Positions 31,111 through 41,197 of a stretch of DNA of 64,000 nucleotides are shown piece by piece (within the stretch, counting starts at the first letter, position 1; every line of letters begins with the position of its first letter). The DNA is from an uncultured Akkermansia sp. (lineage in GTDB: Bacteria > Verrucomicrobiota > Verrucomicrobiia > Verrucomicrobiales > Akkermansiaceae): NCBI GenBank assembly GCA_944390825.1, contig CALXRG010000007.1, positions 35,245 to 99,244 of the forward strand, given 5' to 3'. A model generated the notes under the pieces. That model made no database searches. It was given only the letters and a program-made list of their open reading frames with translations, and had not been told where the DNA came from. The translations under genes and the position numbers were made by a program.

Positions 31111-31593
31111 TCAGCGCACCTCCCCGTGCTCCTTGCAGGAAACACGCTCCACCTGCACACAACCCACGCACACACGCGAAAGAGCCGCCTCCGGGAAAAC
31201 AAAATCCTGCCCCGGCGCATAGTGCGCCATAATCAGCCGCAACCCGTGGCGTTTCTCCTCATCCGACGCCGCGAACCGCACCATCCCCACACCGATAATA
31301 CTGGCATAAAGGAAACTGTAGCGGCACGCCGGCTCACCCGTGACCAACCTGTGCGCACAATCCAACTCAAACCCCACACGCGGATGCCTCCCCAGGAGCT
31401 CCAACTTACGCCCCTCACACGCACCATGGAAAAAAAGCCTCAACTCCCCGCGGACCTCCTCCCAGCCAAAGTTCACCGGCACAACATAAGGCGCCTCCTC
31501 GTCCGCGATAGCCAGCCGGAGGCAATCGCAGCGGTTCAAAACATCCAGCAAACGACCGTGGTCGTGTACCTCCCGTTCCCTTCGTCTCATCAT
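31111..31593 (-). CDS. Pyridoxamine 5'-phosphate oxidase-like flavin-binding protein (NimA/FMN-split-barrel family)
   Basis: MRRREREV...PYVVPVNFG...FFHGACEGRKL...PRVGFE...YASIIGVG. Confidence 0.85.
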   Translation of the reverse strand: MMRRREREVHDHGRLLDVLNRCDCLRLAIADEEAPYVVPVNFGWEEVRGELRLFFHGACEGRKLELLGRHPRVGFELDCAHRLVTGEPACRYSFLYASIIGVGMVRFAASDEEKRHGLRLIMAHYAPGQDFVFPEAALSRVCVGCVQVERVSCKEHGEVR

Positions 31594-32182
31594 AGCTTAA
31601 CATTCTATACAAGTTAACTCCCCGACCGGCAGCACCGCCCTCCCCACGCACTCAAACCGTGGAGCAAGATGATACACCTCACCCGTCTCTCCCCTCTCCG
31701 CACTCTCCGCGCCCCGCACAAACCATACCACGTTTCAAACCGTAAACAAGCCTTTTCGACGCCGCGACAAAACAGCCACACCAAAAAATCCGACTCCAAA
31801 AAACCGCCTCCACCCGCAGCACACCACTTACGGCTTCACACCACATGCGATACGCAGTGCACCAAACCCGGCCACCCCGGGCGCAGGAGAAAATCCCCAC
31901 CCGCGCGGATACCGCTCCGCCCGCCGCAACCGCGAACAGCCTCAGCCCCCAGAAGCTCCCTCCACAAAAACACATCAGCGTACAGCATGCACCCATGGGG
32001 GGAAAACAAAATCACCTCTCGCCGCGATAGTCACCATCAGAGCGGATACAGACCCAAAACATCATCACGATACAAAAAGCACCTTGACGCCCGCCTGCGA
32101 CCACGCTACACCGCCCCTAGACGTTTTTCCCCTCCAGCCGGAACCACACCTTCCCCACCCCGGATCACACCGCCACACCACC

Positions 32183-32716
32183 ATGAACACCGAAACAAAC
32201 ACCCCCGGCCAACTCAGCGCCCCGAAAACCAAGCGCATCGCCGCCACCGCAGCAGGCCTGCTGCTCGGCATCGTATGGCTCGCTGCCCAAATACTCACCC
32301 CCGGCAACCTGCCCGACTGGGTACCCGGGAACATCCACGCCTTCCTCAGCGACAGCCTCACCTCCCTCGTCCTGCTGATCTTCGCCATCGGCTTCCTACT
32401 CTACCCCATCATCATCCGGCTCATCCTCAGCCGCACCCACTACATCGTCACCGACCAGCGCCTCATCACCCTCGCCATCCCGGGCCAGGGAACAGCCACA
32501 CCATCCCCCAGCGCGGAGAACCTCGACAAAGCCTCCCTCTGGTACAGCACCATCCAACACGCCACCCTCCACCCCACCGGAAACGGACTCTGCAACCTCC
32601 ACCTCTGGAGCACCCCCACCTCAACCGAAAACAACAGCGCCACCGGCATCCTCTACCTCCCCCCGGACATCGCCGAATACATCTGCACCCGCTGCCGCCG
32701 GGAAACCACCCCATGA
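32183..32716 (+). CDS. Membrane protein with two TM helices and a bacterial PH-like C-terminal domain
   Basis: Two hydrophobic helices followed by RTHYIVTDQRLITL. Confidence 0.55.
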   Translation: MNTETNTPGQLSAPKTKRIAATAAGLLLGIVWLAAQILTPGNLPDWVPGNIHAFLSDSLTSLVLLIFAIGFLLYPIIIRLILSRTHYIVTDQRLITLAIPGQGTATPSPSAENLDKASLWYSTIQHATLHPTGNGLCNLHLWSTPTSTENNSATGILYLPPDIAEYICTRCRRETTP

Positions 32717-33024
32717 TCCGCATCCGCCAAGCCACAACCGCGGACACCGCCATCATCCGGGAAAGCCATCAACTGGCCGCAGCCATGGGCTACCCGTACT
32801 CCATCGTCCTTGGCAGCGAAACCTACTACCCGCGGGCAGGCTACCTGCCTGCGGAGCACTTTGGCATCAGCGCCCCCGCAGGCATTCCGAGCCGCAACCT
32901 CATGGCCTGTCCACTCACCGGCACCGCCCCCATCCTCCGCGGCGCCATCCGGTACGCCCCGGAATTCGGCCTTGAGTCATCCCCCGGCAGCACCCCATCA
33001 TCCCCCCGACCGGAAACAACATGA
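32713..33024 (+). pseudogene. Internally deleted GNAT N-acetyltransferase (YhbS-like)
   Basis: MIRIRQATTADTAIIRE is joined directly to GYPYSIVLGSETYYPRAGY...MACPL...GAIRYAPEF; the central acetyl-CoA-binding segment (Q/RxxGxG) is absent; 103 aa. Confidence 0.65.
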
Positions 33025-33320
33025 CCCCCCACGGCTGCACACCCAGCCGCAGCCCATCGCAGTTTTGTTGAGTTAGGATAGAGTCGATGAATGCCTCCAT
33101 CCAGAGAACTGTCAGCAACACATGCAGTTTGCAAGATGTGGAGTTCCTATTCACCGGCTTTCGGCAGCGGTTTTTGCTCAACCATCGCATCTATCGTCAA
33201 AAGCTGATGAGAGGTCTCAACGTGAGGGTAAAAAATGACATCGTAATCACCCTTTGATAGAATAACTGTTTCAATAAAACTGCTCGAGACCCGGATGTTT
33301 GGTGGCGAAGTTCTTCGTGC

Positions 33321-33348
33321 TTGACAAAACCTGCTATTGCCGTATAGT
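33321..33348 (+). promoter_or_regulatory. sigma70-like promoter of the pur operon
   Basis: TTGACA-16-TATAGT (or 18-TAGTAT), about 35 nt before purC. Confidence 0.7.
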
Positions 33349-33383
33349 ATCCGCGGGGAGCTATCACCACCCCTTTATTGACC

Positions 33384-34088
33384 ATGGAACCTATTTACGA
33401 AGGCAAAGCTAAGAGACTGTTCACCACGGAGGATCCGAATGTCCTGCGCATGGAGTACAAGGATTCCGCCACCGCGTTCAACGGTGTGAAGAAGGAAGAC
33501 TTCGAGAACAAGGGCCGCTTCAACAAGGCCATCACGCTGATCATCTACAAAATGCTGGAGGAGAAGGGCGTCAAAACCCACCTGGTGGCCGATGTGGATG
33601 ATATCAACCTGCTCGTGAAAAAGGTTTCCATCATGCCGCTGGAGGTTATCGTGCGCAATGTAGCCGCCGGTTCGTTCTCCAAGCGCATGGGCATTAAGGA
33701 GGGCACGCCGTTTAAGAAGCCGATTGTGGAGTTCTCTTACAAGGATGATGCGCTCAACGACCCCTTCATCAATGATGACTACGCCCGTGAGGTCGGAGCT
33801 GCCACAGAGGAGGAGTGCGCGTACATCAAGAAGATGGCGCTGCTGATCAATGAGACGCTGATCGAGTTCTTCCTGAAGGCCGGCCTGCGCCTGATCGATT
33901 TCAAGATTGAGTTTGGCCGCCTCGCAACGGATCCGACCGAGATTGTGCTCGCGGATGAGATTTCACCTGATACCTGCCGTCTCTGGGATGTGGAGACCGG
34001 TAAGAAGATGGACAAGGACCGCTTCCGCCAGGGTCTTGGCGAGTTCATGGAGTCCTATGCCGAGGTGCTGAAGCGCTTGCAGAAGTAA
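33384..34088 (+). CDS. purC: Phosphoribosylaminoimidazole-succinocarboxamide synthase
   Basis: YEGKAK, PLEVIVRN, DFKIEFG, LADEISPDTCRLWD, DKDRFR. Confidence 0.97.
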   Translation: MEPIYEGKAKRLFTTEDPNVLRMEYKDSATAFNGVKKEDFENKGRFNKAITLIIYKMLEEKGVKTHLVADVDDINLLVKKVSIMPLEVIVRNVAAGSFSKRMGIKEGTPFKKPIVEFSYKDDALNDPFINDDYAREVGAATEEECAYIKKMALLINETLIEFFLKAGLRLIDFKIEFGRLATDPTEIVLADEISPDTCRLWDVETGKKMDKDRFRQGLGEFMESYAEVLKRLQK

Positions 34089-34183
34089 AGTACAGCAGTC
34101 GGCCACCGCGTTTCCGGCGCTGTGCTGCCCTGGTTGGGGTGGCTGGCAGGATGGGCGGTGGCCTTTTCTCGTTTTTCTGTGTT

Positions 34184-34633
34184 ATGGCTACGTTGACGTT
34201 TGAGGTGTTCAGCCGGTTTCAGTCGGCGACGGACGCAAACAGGCTTTTGTACACGCCGATTGAGGCGAAGCTGACGTACAATCACACCCGCCTCTACACG
34301 GTGGAGTGCGAGGGTGATGTGGAGGCGGCACGCGATTACATGCGCCGCGTGCTGGTGGATCCAATCGCTCAGAAGGTGGAGGAGGATGGCAAGCCGGCGC
34401 TTTCCGGCGAGTTGTTCTGTATTTCCTATGGCATCAAGAAGGGTGCTCTCGATTTGGAAAAAGAGGCGATTCTCACGAATTACCGCGGCCGTCAGGGGCT
34501 GCCGTTCACGATTACGGCTCTGACGATCACGCAGAAGGTTTACGTGTTCGGCGAAGGAAATAAGACTGCCCTTGCCGAGCGCTTCTGCAAAGACGTCTGC
34601 AACCCCGCCATTCACACCTGGAGCGTCCGGTAG
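34184..34633 (+). CDS. PurS-like FGAM synthase subunit, apparently two PurS units in tandem (149 aa)
   Basis: Between purC and purL; halves end in VLVDPIAQ and VCNPAIHTW, resembling the PurS L-x-N/D-P-V/I motif. Confidence 0.6.
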   Translation: MATLTFEVFSRFQSATDANRLLYTPIEAKLTYNHTRLYTVECEGDVEAARDYMRRVLVDPIAQKVEEDGKPALSGELFCISYGIKKGALDLEKEAILTNYRGRQGLPFTITALTITQKVYVFGEGNKTALAERFCKDVCNPAIHTWSVR

Positions 34634-34704
34634 GGTGGCGTGCTGCTTTTCTGTTGACTCAAACGCGACTTTTCCATCCCTACTCAACCCATTTTCCGAC
34701 CCAT

Positions 34705-37098
34705 ATGGCAACATACCGTACCATTCCTGTACGCGAGCTTTCCGAGGCGGAGCTCACCAGGCTCAGCCAGGATATGAAGCTTTCTCTTTCCACGGAAGAC
34801 ATGCTGGTGGTGCAGCAGATCTTCTGCGAAATCGGCCGCGAGCCCACGGATGTGGAGCTCGAGGTGATCGCCCAAACCTGGTCCGAGCACTGCAAGCACC
34901 GTATCTTTGCCGCTACTGTCACCCATACTACGGATGCCGGTACCGAGGAGATTCACAGCATGTACAAGACCTTTATCCAGCGCCCCTCCAAGGAGATCAT
35001 GGCGAAGAAGCCCGGTTTTGTGCTGAGTTGCTTCGTGGATAATGCCGGCTTCATCAGGCTGGACGACAGGCTTTCGGTCTGCCTCAAGGCAGAGACACAC
35101 AATCACCCGAGCGCCATTGAGCCCTACGCCGGCGCCAACACCGGCCTCGGCGGCGTTATCCGCGACATCCTGGGTGCCGGCAAGGGTGCCAAACCCATCG
35201 CCAACCTGGATGTTTTCTGCTTCGGCGCTCCGGATACGCCTCAGGAGATGGTGGAAGGCCACAATATCATCCACCCGCTCGGCATCATGCGCGGTGTCGT
35301 GCACGGTGTGCGCGACTACGGCAACCGCATGGGCATCCCGACCACTAGCGGTGCCATCCAGTTCGACCCGACCTACATTTACAACCCCCTGGTCTTCTGC
35401 GGTACGGCCGGTGTCATCCCGCAGACCGATATCGCCAAGGAGATGAAGCCCGGCCTCGCCGTCGTGGTGATCGGCGGCCGCACCGGTAAGGACGGCCTGC
35501 ACGGCGCCACTTTCTCTTCTGCCGCCATGGGTGAAGCTTCCCATGTGGAAGACCAGACCGCTGTGCAGATCGGCAACCCCATCGAGGAAAAAAAGACGCT
35601 CGACGTCATTCTCGAAGCCCGCGAGCGCGGCCTCATTGAGTTTGTGACGGATTGCGGAGCCGGCGGGTTCTCTTCCGCAGCCGGTGAGATGCTTTCCGAG
35701 ACCGGCGGTAACCTCTACCTCGAGCGGGCTCCGCTCAAGGAGACGAATATGCTCTCCTGGCAGATCTTCCTCTCCGAGTCTCAGGAGCGCATGGTGCTTG
35801 CCGTCAAGCCGGAGAACCTCGGTGAGCTGCAGCGCCTGGCCGATACCTTCCAGACGGAGATGACCGTGCTGGGTGAGTCGGACGACTCCGGTGTGCTGCG
35901 TGTCTGGCACAACGGTGAGCTTGTCTGTGAGCTCGACAACTCGAAGCTGCACGACGCTCCCACCAAGAAGCTCACCTCGGTCTTCAAGGCCTCCCCTGCC
36001 CTCACGGGCGTGACTCTGGATGACAGCCACCTGACCGCTGACCTCAAGCAGTTGCTCGGCGACTTCGCCATCGTCTCCCGCGAACCCATCATCCGCGAAT
36101 ACGACCACGAGGTGCAGGGCAACACAGTGCTCAAGCCCCTCGCCGGTGCCTCAGCCGACGCCCCGCAGGATGCCTCGGTCATTGACATCGATGGCTCGGA
36201 GAAGCTCATGTCGCTTGCTCTGGCTATCCTGCCCGAGTGGGGCAAGACCGATCCCTACGCCATGGGTACCGGCACGGTGGATGAAACCGTGCGCCAGCTG
36301 GTGCTGGCCGGCACCAACCCGGAGAAAATCGCCCTGCTGGACAACTTCTGCATGGGCAATCCCGAGTGCCCGACAGAGCTCGGTCGCATCGTGGAATGCG
36401 CCAAGGGCATCCGCGAGGCCGCCCTGGCCTACGGTGCCCCGTACGTTTCCGGCAAGGACAGCTTCTACAATTACTTCGAGACGGAGGACGGCCCCGTGAA
36501 CATCCCCGTCACTTTCCTCTGCTCCGGCTTCGGCGTGGTGGAAGAGCAGGAACACGTGCACGGCATGTCGCTGCGGCGCAACGACAGCGTCATCTTCATC
36601 GTCGGCAACACCGAAGACGAAATGGGCGGCTCCGTCTATGCCCGCGTCAAAGGCGTGAAAGACTGCAAGGTGCCGCAAACTGACTGTGCGAAGAACTTCA
36701 GCGTCTACAAGACCTACTACGACAAGGCGCTGACGCAGGGTCTGGTGCTGTCCGCGCACGACCTTTCCGAAGGCGGCCTAGCCGTCGCAGCAGCGGAGTT
36801 TGCCTTCTCGGGCAAAGGCGGCCTCACTCTGGATCTGGACAAGCTGCCGACTGTTGGCGGCTGGAAGAACCTGGCCGTCCCCTGCTTTGCCGAAAGCACC
36901 GGGCGCTTCCTGGTCGAGGTGGATGCCGATCTCGCCGACGACTTTGAGGCAGCCATGGCTGGCACACCCTGTGCCCGCATCGGCAGCGCAACTGCGGGCG
37001 ATGAGCTCGTGATCACCGCCGGCGGGGCTCCTGTCGTGCAGGCGAAGATTGCCGACCTCAAGAACATCTGGAAGCACGGTCTTACCCCGTACTATTAA
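34705..37098 (+). CDS. purL: Phosphoribosylformylglycinamidine synthase subunit PurL (small form)
   Basis: QTWSEHCKH, KAETHNHPSAIEPYAGANTG, DCGAGG, SESQERM, SAHDLSEGG. Confidence 0.97.
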   Translation: MATYRTIPVRELSEAELTRLSQDMKLSLSTEDMLVVQQIFCEIGREPTDVELEVIAQTWSEHCKHRIFAATVTHTTDAGTEEIHSMYKTFIQRPSKEIMAKKPGFVLSCFVDNAGFIRLDDRLSVCLKAETHNHPSAIEPYAGANTGLGGVIRDILGAGKGAKPIANLDVFCFGAPDTPQEMVEGHNIIHPLGIMRGVVHGVRDYGNRMGIPTTSGAIQFDPTYIYNPLVFCGTAGVIPQTDIAKEMKPGLAVVVIGGRTGKDGLHGATFSSAAMGEASHVEDQTAVQIGNPIEEKKTLDVILEARERGLIEFVTDCGAGGFSSAAGEMLSETGGNLYLERAPLKETNMLSWQIFLSESQERMVLAVKPENLGELQRLADTFQTEMTVLGESDDSGVLRVWHNGELVCELDNSKLHDAPTKKLTSVFKASPALTGVTLDDSHLTADLKQLLGDFAIVSREPIIREYDHEVQGNTVLKPLAGASADAPQDASVIDIDGSEKLMSLALAILPEWGKTDPYAMGTGTVDETVRQLVLAGTNPEKIALLDNFCMGNPECPTELGRIVECAKGIREAALAYGAPYVSGKDSFYNYFETEDGPVNIPVTFLCSGFGVVEEQEHVHGMSLRRNDSVIFIVGNTEDEMGGSVYARVKGVKDCKVPQTDCAKNFSVYKTYYDKALTQGLVLSAHDLSEGGLAVAAAEFAFSGKGGLTLDLDKLPTVGGWKNLAVPCFAESTGRFLVEVDADLADDFEAAMAGTPCARIGSATAGDELVITAGGAPVVQAKIADLKNIWKHGLTPYY

Positions 37099-37185
37099 AG
37101 CATACCGTCCCTTCGAAAGCATACCGTCCCTCCGACCCATCGGAAACTCAAGCAAAACAAGGAACAACCCACGTTTCTCAGTACC

Positions 37186-37893
37186 ATGCCACACGCCTTA
37201 CTCCTCAAATACCCCGGCACCAACTGCGATGCCGAAACCGAGCGTGCCCTCATCGCCGCCGGTTTCTCCACCCAGGTGCAACCCATCGCGACAGCCCTCC
37301 CCGAGCACGTCCGGAAAGCCCAGCTCGTCGTCTTCTCGGGCGGCTTTTCCTACGGCGACTACGTCATGAGCGGCCGCCTGGCCCAGCTCGAAACCGAGCG
37401 CTTCCTCGGCGATGCTCTCCACAAGCACTTCGCCAACGGCGGTTTCCTGTTCGGCATTTGCAACGGCTTCCAAATCCTGACCAAGCTCGGCATCCTGCCG
37501 AAAGCCTCGCTGATCTGGAACAAATCCGAACGCTTCGAATGCATGTGGGACAAGCTGGTGAAAGTCGCCCCAAACTCTCCCTACACCACCTACCTGCCCG
37601 CTGAGTTCGAGCTCCCCTCCGCCCACGCGGAAGGACGCCTCGTCTGCGAGCCAGGAGACGCCCAGAAGTACCTGGAAGGCGGCTGTGTCGCCCTCCAGTA
37701 CGCGGACAACCACAACGGCTCCGAGCTGCGCATCGCCGGGCTCCAGGATCCCAGCGGCCGCGCCATGGGCCTCATGCCGCACCCGGAGCGCTTCCTGCGT
37801 CCCCGGCATCACTATGACCCGGACTGGGCAGGTGATCCCGACTGGGGCTGGGGCTATTACTTCTTCAAGGGTGCCTTCGATGCGCTGAAATAA
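37186..37893 (+). CDS. purQ: Phosphoribosylformylglycinamidine synthase glutaminase subunit
   Basis: PGTNCD, GGFSYGD, GICNGFQ, AHAEG, GLMPHPER. Confidence 0.97.
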   Translation: MPHALLLKYPGTNCDAETERALIAAGFSTQVQPIATALPEHVRKAQLVVFSGGFSYGDYVMSGRLAQLETERFLGDALHKHFANGGFLFGICNGFQILTKLGILPKASLIWNKSERFECMWDKLVKVAPNSPYTTYLPAEFELPSAHAEGRLVCEPGDAQKYLEGGCVALQYADNHNGSELRIAGLQDPSGRAMGLMPHPERFLRPRHHYDPDWAGDPDWGWGYYFFKGAFDALK

Positions 37894-38096
37894 GCCATCC
37901 ACCGGTGAGGTTTTCTTTCACCGCCGCCAGCATCCGCCATTTTCCGGCTTAGATTAGCCGGCACGGCACAGGTCGATTTCACGGCCTGTGCCGGTTTTGC
38001 TTTATTGGGAAACGCTGAAAACAACTCCCTCCAGCTTCCTGACTCGAAATCGACACGGGCATTCGCGCTGCTCTCCTTTTATGTTGAGCTTTCTGT

Positions 38097-38125
38097 TTGC
38101 TATGCCGGAAGTGTTCTGCTAAAGT
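38097..38125 (+). promoter_or_regulatory. sigma70-like promoter of rlpA (leaderless type)
   Basis: TTGCTA-17-TAAAGT with TGC extended -10; 6 nt to the ATG. Confidence 0.7.
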
Positions 38126-38131
38126 AGCAGC

Positions 38132-38620
38132 ATGTTCACCTCCCGCATCCTTTTCTTGTTGACCGGTTTCGGTATTCCGGTCTGTGCCCTGCTGAACTCC
38201 TGTCAGCAACAACAGGGATTTGAGCCTTACAGCGGCTATAAGATGGCACCCTATACCATTAAAGGAATGCGCTTCGTGCCAATGAGCATCGATCAGGCCC
38301 TCCGCTATAAAGCTGAGGGAATCGCGTCGCACTACGAGGCAGACGGCTCACATGGTGCCCTCAGCAACCCGCTGTACGAGGGCCAGCTCTACGCGGCTCA
38401 CCGTACCCTTCCCCTGCCCTGCGAGGCCCGTGTGACCAATCTGAGCAACGGTAAAAGCTGTGTTGTGCGCATTGCAGACCGCGGTCCGTTCATTCCCGGT
38501 CGCCTCATCGATGTCAGCAGCGCGGTGGCACACAAGCTGGACTTCCACTCCAAGGGTCTCGATCGGGTGCGCGTGGAGGTTCTTTCCGTAGGCGACGGTA
38601 AGTGGAAACGCACACGCTAA
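38132..38620 (+). CDS. rlpA: Septal ring lytic transglycosylase RlpA family lipoprotein
   Basis: Lipobox-like LLNSC; EGIASHY, AAHRTLPLP, VRIADRGPF, IDVS. Confidence 0.9.
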   Translation: MFTSRILFLLTGFGIPVCALLNSCQQQQGFEPYSGYKMAPYTIKGMRFVPMSIDQALRYKAEGIASHYEADGSHGALSNPLYEGQLYAAHRTLPLPCEARVTNLSNGKSCVVRIADRGPFIPGRLIDVSSAVAHKLDFHSKGLDRVRVEVLSVGDGKWKRTR

Positions 38621-38685
38621 ACCCGCCCCCAGACTGACGCATTGCCCGGCCGCGTTTGCGGCGTGTCCTGTTTCGGTGTCAGGAC

Positions 38686-39687
38686 TTACGCCTCCCGCCC
38701 GTCGTTCCGGACCGGTTCATTGGGCAGTGTCTTTTCGGACAGTGCCGCCCGCCGTTCCTCAGAAGTTTCAGCTATGATATAAATAGGACGTCTCTTGACT
38801 TCCATATACATCTTGGCCATGTACTGTCCATAAATGCCGATGCAAAAGAGCTGCAAACCTCCCAGCAGAAGGATAATGCACACCATGGAGGTCCAGCCGC
38901 TCACGGAATCCTGGAAAATCAACTGTCGGGCAATCTGAGCCACTATCACGGCTACAGCAATAAACATCAGCATCATGCCAAACAGAGAGGAAAGCGCCAA
39001 TGGTGCCGTTGTGAAAGCAACGAAACCTTCTATCGAGTACTTGAATAACTTCCAAAAAGACCACTTGGTCTCTCCGGCTACACGCTCTACGTTCTTGAAT
39101 TCCAGCCACTTGGTGCGGAAACCGATCCACTCGTACAGTCCTTTGGAAAAGCGGTTGTACTCCGGCATGGAAAGAAGTGCATTAAGAGCCTTGCGTGAAA
39201 GCAGTTTGTAGTCGCGCGCGCCATCAACCAGATGGGTATTGGAAATGCGGTTCATCATCCGGTAAAAGCAATGCGCGAAAAACGAGCGGATCGGGGGTTC
39301 ACCATCACGTGACACGCGTCGCGTACCGGCGCAGTCATAGCCTTCCTCGCGGACGGCCCGAAGCATTTGCGGCAGCATCGAAGGGGGATCCTGCAGGTCG
39401 GCATCCATCACGGCAACATAATCTCCTGTGGCATGCTCAAACCCGGCGAACATAGCACCCTCCTTGCCAAAATTGCGCGAAAGCGATATGTATCGAACGG
39501 TATCAGGGTGTTCAGTTGCCAGCTGTCGCAGGATGTCGAGGGTATTGTCACTGCTTCCGTCATTGATGAAAAGAATTTCGGGCCGAACGTCCTCCAACTG
39601 GTTAAGCACACGCATTAGCTCCTCCATAAAGGCAGGCAGAGCAGCAGATTCGTTGTAACACGGGACGACTAGGGATAGCTTTATCAT
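38686..39687 (-). CDS. Family 2 glycosyltransferase (GtrB/YkcC-type, two C-terminal TM helices)
   Basis: VVPCYNE, NDGSSD, LSRNFGKE, MDADLQDPP, RVAGETKWS. Confidence 0.92.
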   Translation of the reverse strand: MIKLSLVVPCYNESAALPAFMEELMRVLNQLEDVRPEILFINDGSSDNTLDILRQLATEHPDTVRYISLSRNFGKEGAMFAGFEHATGDYVAVMDADLQDPPSMLPQMLRAVREEGYDCAGTRRVSRDGEPPIRSFFAHCFYRMMNRISNTHLVDGARDYKLLSRKALNALLSMPEYNRFSKGLYEWIGFRTKWLEFKNVERVAGETKWSFWKLFKYSIEGFVAFTTAPLALSSLFGMMLMFIAVAVIVAQIARQLIFQDSVSGWTSMVCIILLLGGLQLFCIGIYGQYMAKMYMEVKRRPIYIIAETSEERRAALSEKTLPNEPVRNDGREA

Positions 39688-39693
39688 GTGTTG

Positions 39694-39721
39694 ATTGTAG
39701 CAGCTGACCTTGTTAAGTCGA
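39694..39721 (-). promoter_or_regulatory. sigma70-like promoter of the GT2 gene (leaderless type)
   Basis: Minus strand TCGACT-16-TACAAT with TGC extended -10; 6 nt to the ATG. Confidence 0.65.
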
Positions 39722-39734
39722 GCAAAAAGCTCAT

Positions 39735-40865
39735 TTATCCTCGCGGATATTTAACGGATGGTCCGTATTTATTCGGCCCGCGCTGGCTGTCTACCAGCGC
39801 CAGTACCAGCAGAAGCAGGGTAAGCAGCGGAAAGAGCGTAACAGATAATGCCATCAGTGTCAGACTAATGGTGAGACCATACGGCGGACGGCTTTCCCAA
39901 AGCATCATGAGGGACATGTCGGTTTCGCCTTCCCCGTCCGGCTGATTCACAGCAAAATACTGTTTCAGCTTACTGAACTCGACACCCTGGGTTGACTCAA
40001 TAAAATCGTACAATGGACGCAGCGTCTGGATATCCTCGTGAATGGCTTGGGCGCGATCTGCTCGGTGAATCCGATGCATCCAATAGGTTGTGTGGGTTGG
40101 GTATACGTCTGAGGGTCTCAGGATTTCCTGCATCACGATGATTTCATCGCAGTCATTTTCCTGGGCCATCTCTTTCATGGCACCGAACATGGCAGCCAGG
40201 AAAAAATAGGCGGTGCTGACCACCATGGTCAAGCTGGTCAGCGCGTGCCAGCACACCCACCAGCCACTCCAGCCACTGTCATGCAATCGGCGCACCATCA
40301 GTGACATCTGAGGCAAGGCCATCAACAGCCACAGCGCCAGCACCAAAATGAAGCACACAAAGCCCCCCATCAGCAGGGCTATGTCTTCCGTGCCGTTCAC
40401 CCGAAAGCATGCCGAAGCATCCAGGAAATTCGCTCCGGCATACAGCAGCAGAGCCGATATCGCAACGAATACCAGCTGAAACAGCCAATATTCACCCCGG
40501 GTGGTGCGACCTTTCAATGACAGGAACTTCCCCACCGTGAAGAAGAAATTGGCCCACAAGCCTGGCGACTCCGGTGACAGGGCAAATCCGCAATGCGGGC
40601 AATGAGGCGGCACGCTGCCATTGGTCAGTGCTATTTCCTTGCCGCAGCGGGGACACAAATTGCGGCAGTGGTTCCGGGTGGGCAGGGGCGGCAGGATATA
40701 GCCGCAACTCAAGGCTCCTCCCAACGCCATCCAGTGTACCCCGCCGACTTCCACAACCAGGGTTGTGGGATCCACCAGACCTTCCACCATCATGGCTGAG
40801 AGTCGACTCAAGGTGACAGGTCCCCGAATCTGACCTTCCTCGTCCTGATAGTAGAATTGCTTCAT
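39735..40865 (-). CDS. GYF_2-like + zinc ribbon + DUF805 membrane protein
   Basis: FYYQDEEGQIRGPV...W; CPRC...CPHC; KGRTTRGEYW, VRRLHDSGWSGWW, DSQRGPNKYGP. Confidence 0.85.
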   Translation of the reverse strand: MKQFYYQDEEGQIRGPVTLSRLSAMMVEGLVDPTTLVVEVGGVHWMALGGALSCGYILPPLPTRNHCRNLCPRCGKEIALTNGSVPPHCPHCGFALSPESPGLWANFFFTVGKFLSLKGRTTRGEYWLFQLVFVAISALLLYAGANFLDASACFRVNGTEDIALLMGGFVCFILVLALWLLMALPQMSLMVRRLHDSGWSGWWVCWHALTSLTMVVSTAYFFLAAMFGAMKEMAQENDCDEIIVMQEILRPSDVYPTHTTYWMHRIHRADRAQAIHEDIQTLRPLYDFIESTQGVEFSKLKQYFAVNQPDGEGETDMSLMMLWESRPPYGLTISLTLMALSVTLFPLLTLLLLVLALVDSQRGPNKYGPSVKYPRG

Positions 40866-41197
40866 TGATGAGAGCCTCAGTAAGTATAGTGATATAATAG
40901 CAAGCCTTACTCATGATATAAGCCGTGGAAGTGTCTGTCAATAAGGAAGCGCATCATAATTCGTCATGGATGATTTGTGAGCGATCTACCGGCCAAAGTC
41001 CCATCCTGGAGCCGAAGCTCCGTCAATGCATCCTCCCTTCTGGATCGTTCTTCTTTCCTGTTTTTCATGCTTGCACCCGCACTTCTGCAATCATCGCTCT
41101 CTGACTCAATGGATCGGCCTTTTCTCTTTCATGACCTATATGAACATGAGCCGGATTGCTTTTCGGCCTTGACATATATGAGATAATAAAGCAAGGC

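Noticed and set aside
31669-32712. Long Pro/His/Arg-rich ORF upstream of the GNAT fragment
   Set aside because: It is an artefact of C-rich, stop-poor sequence and overlaps the real 32183..32716 gene in another frame.
33349-33383. Purine or ZTP riboswitch upstream of purC
   Set aside because: The leader is only about 30 nt and has no aptamer motifs.
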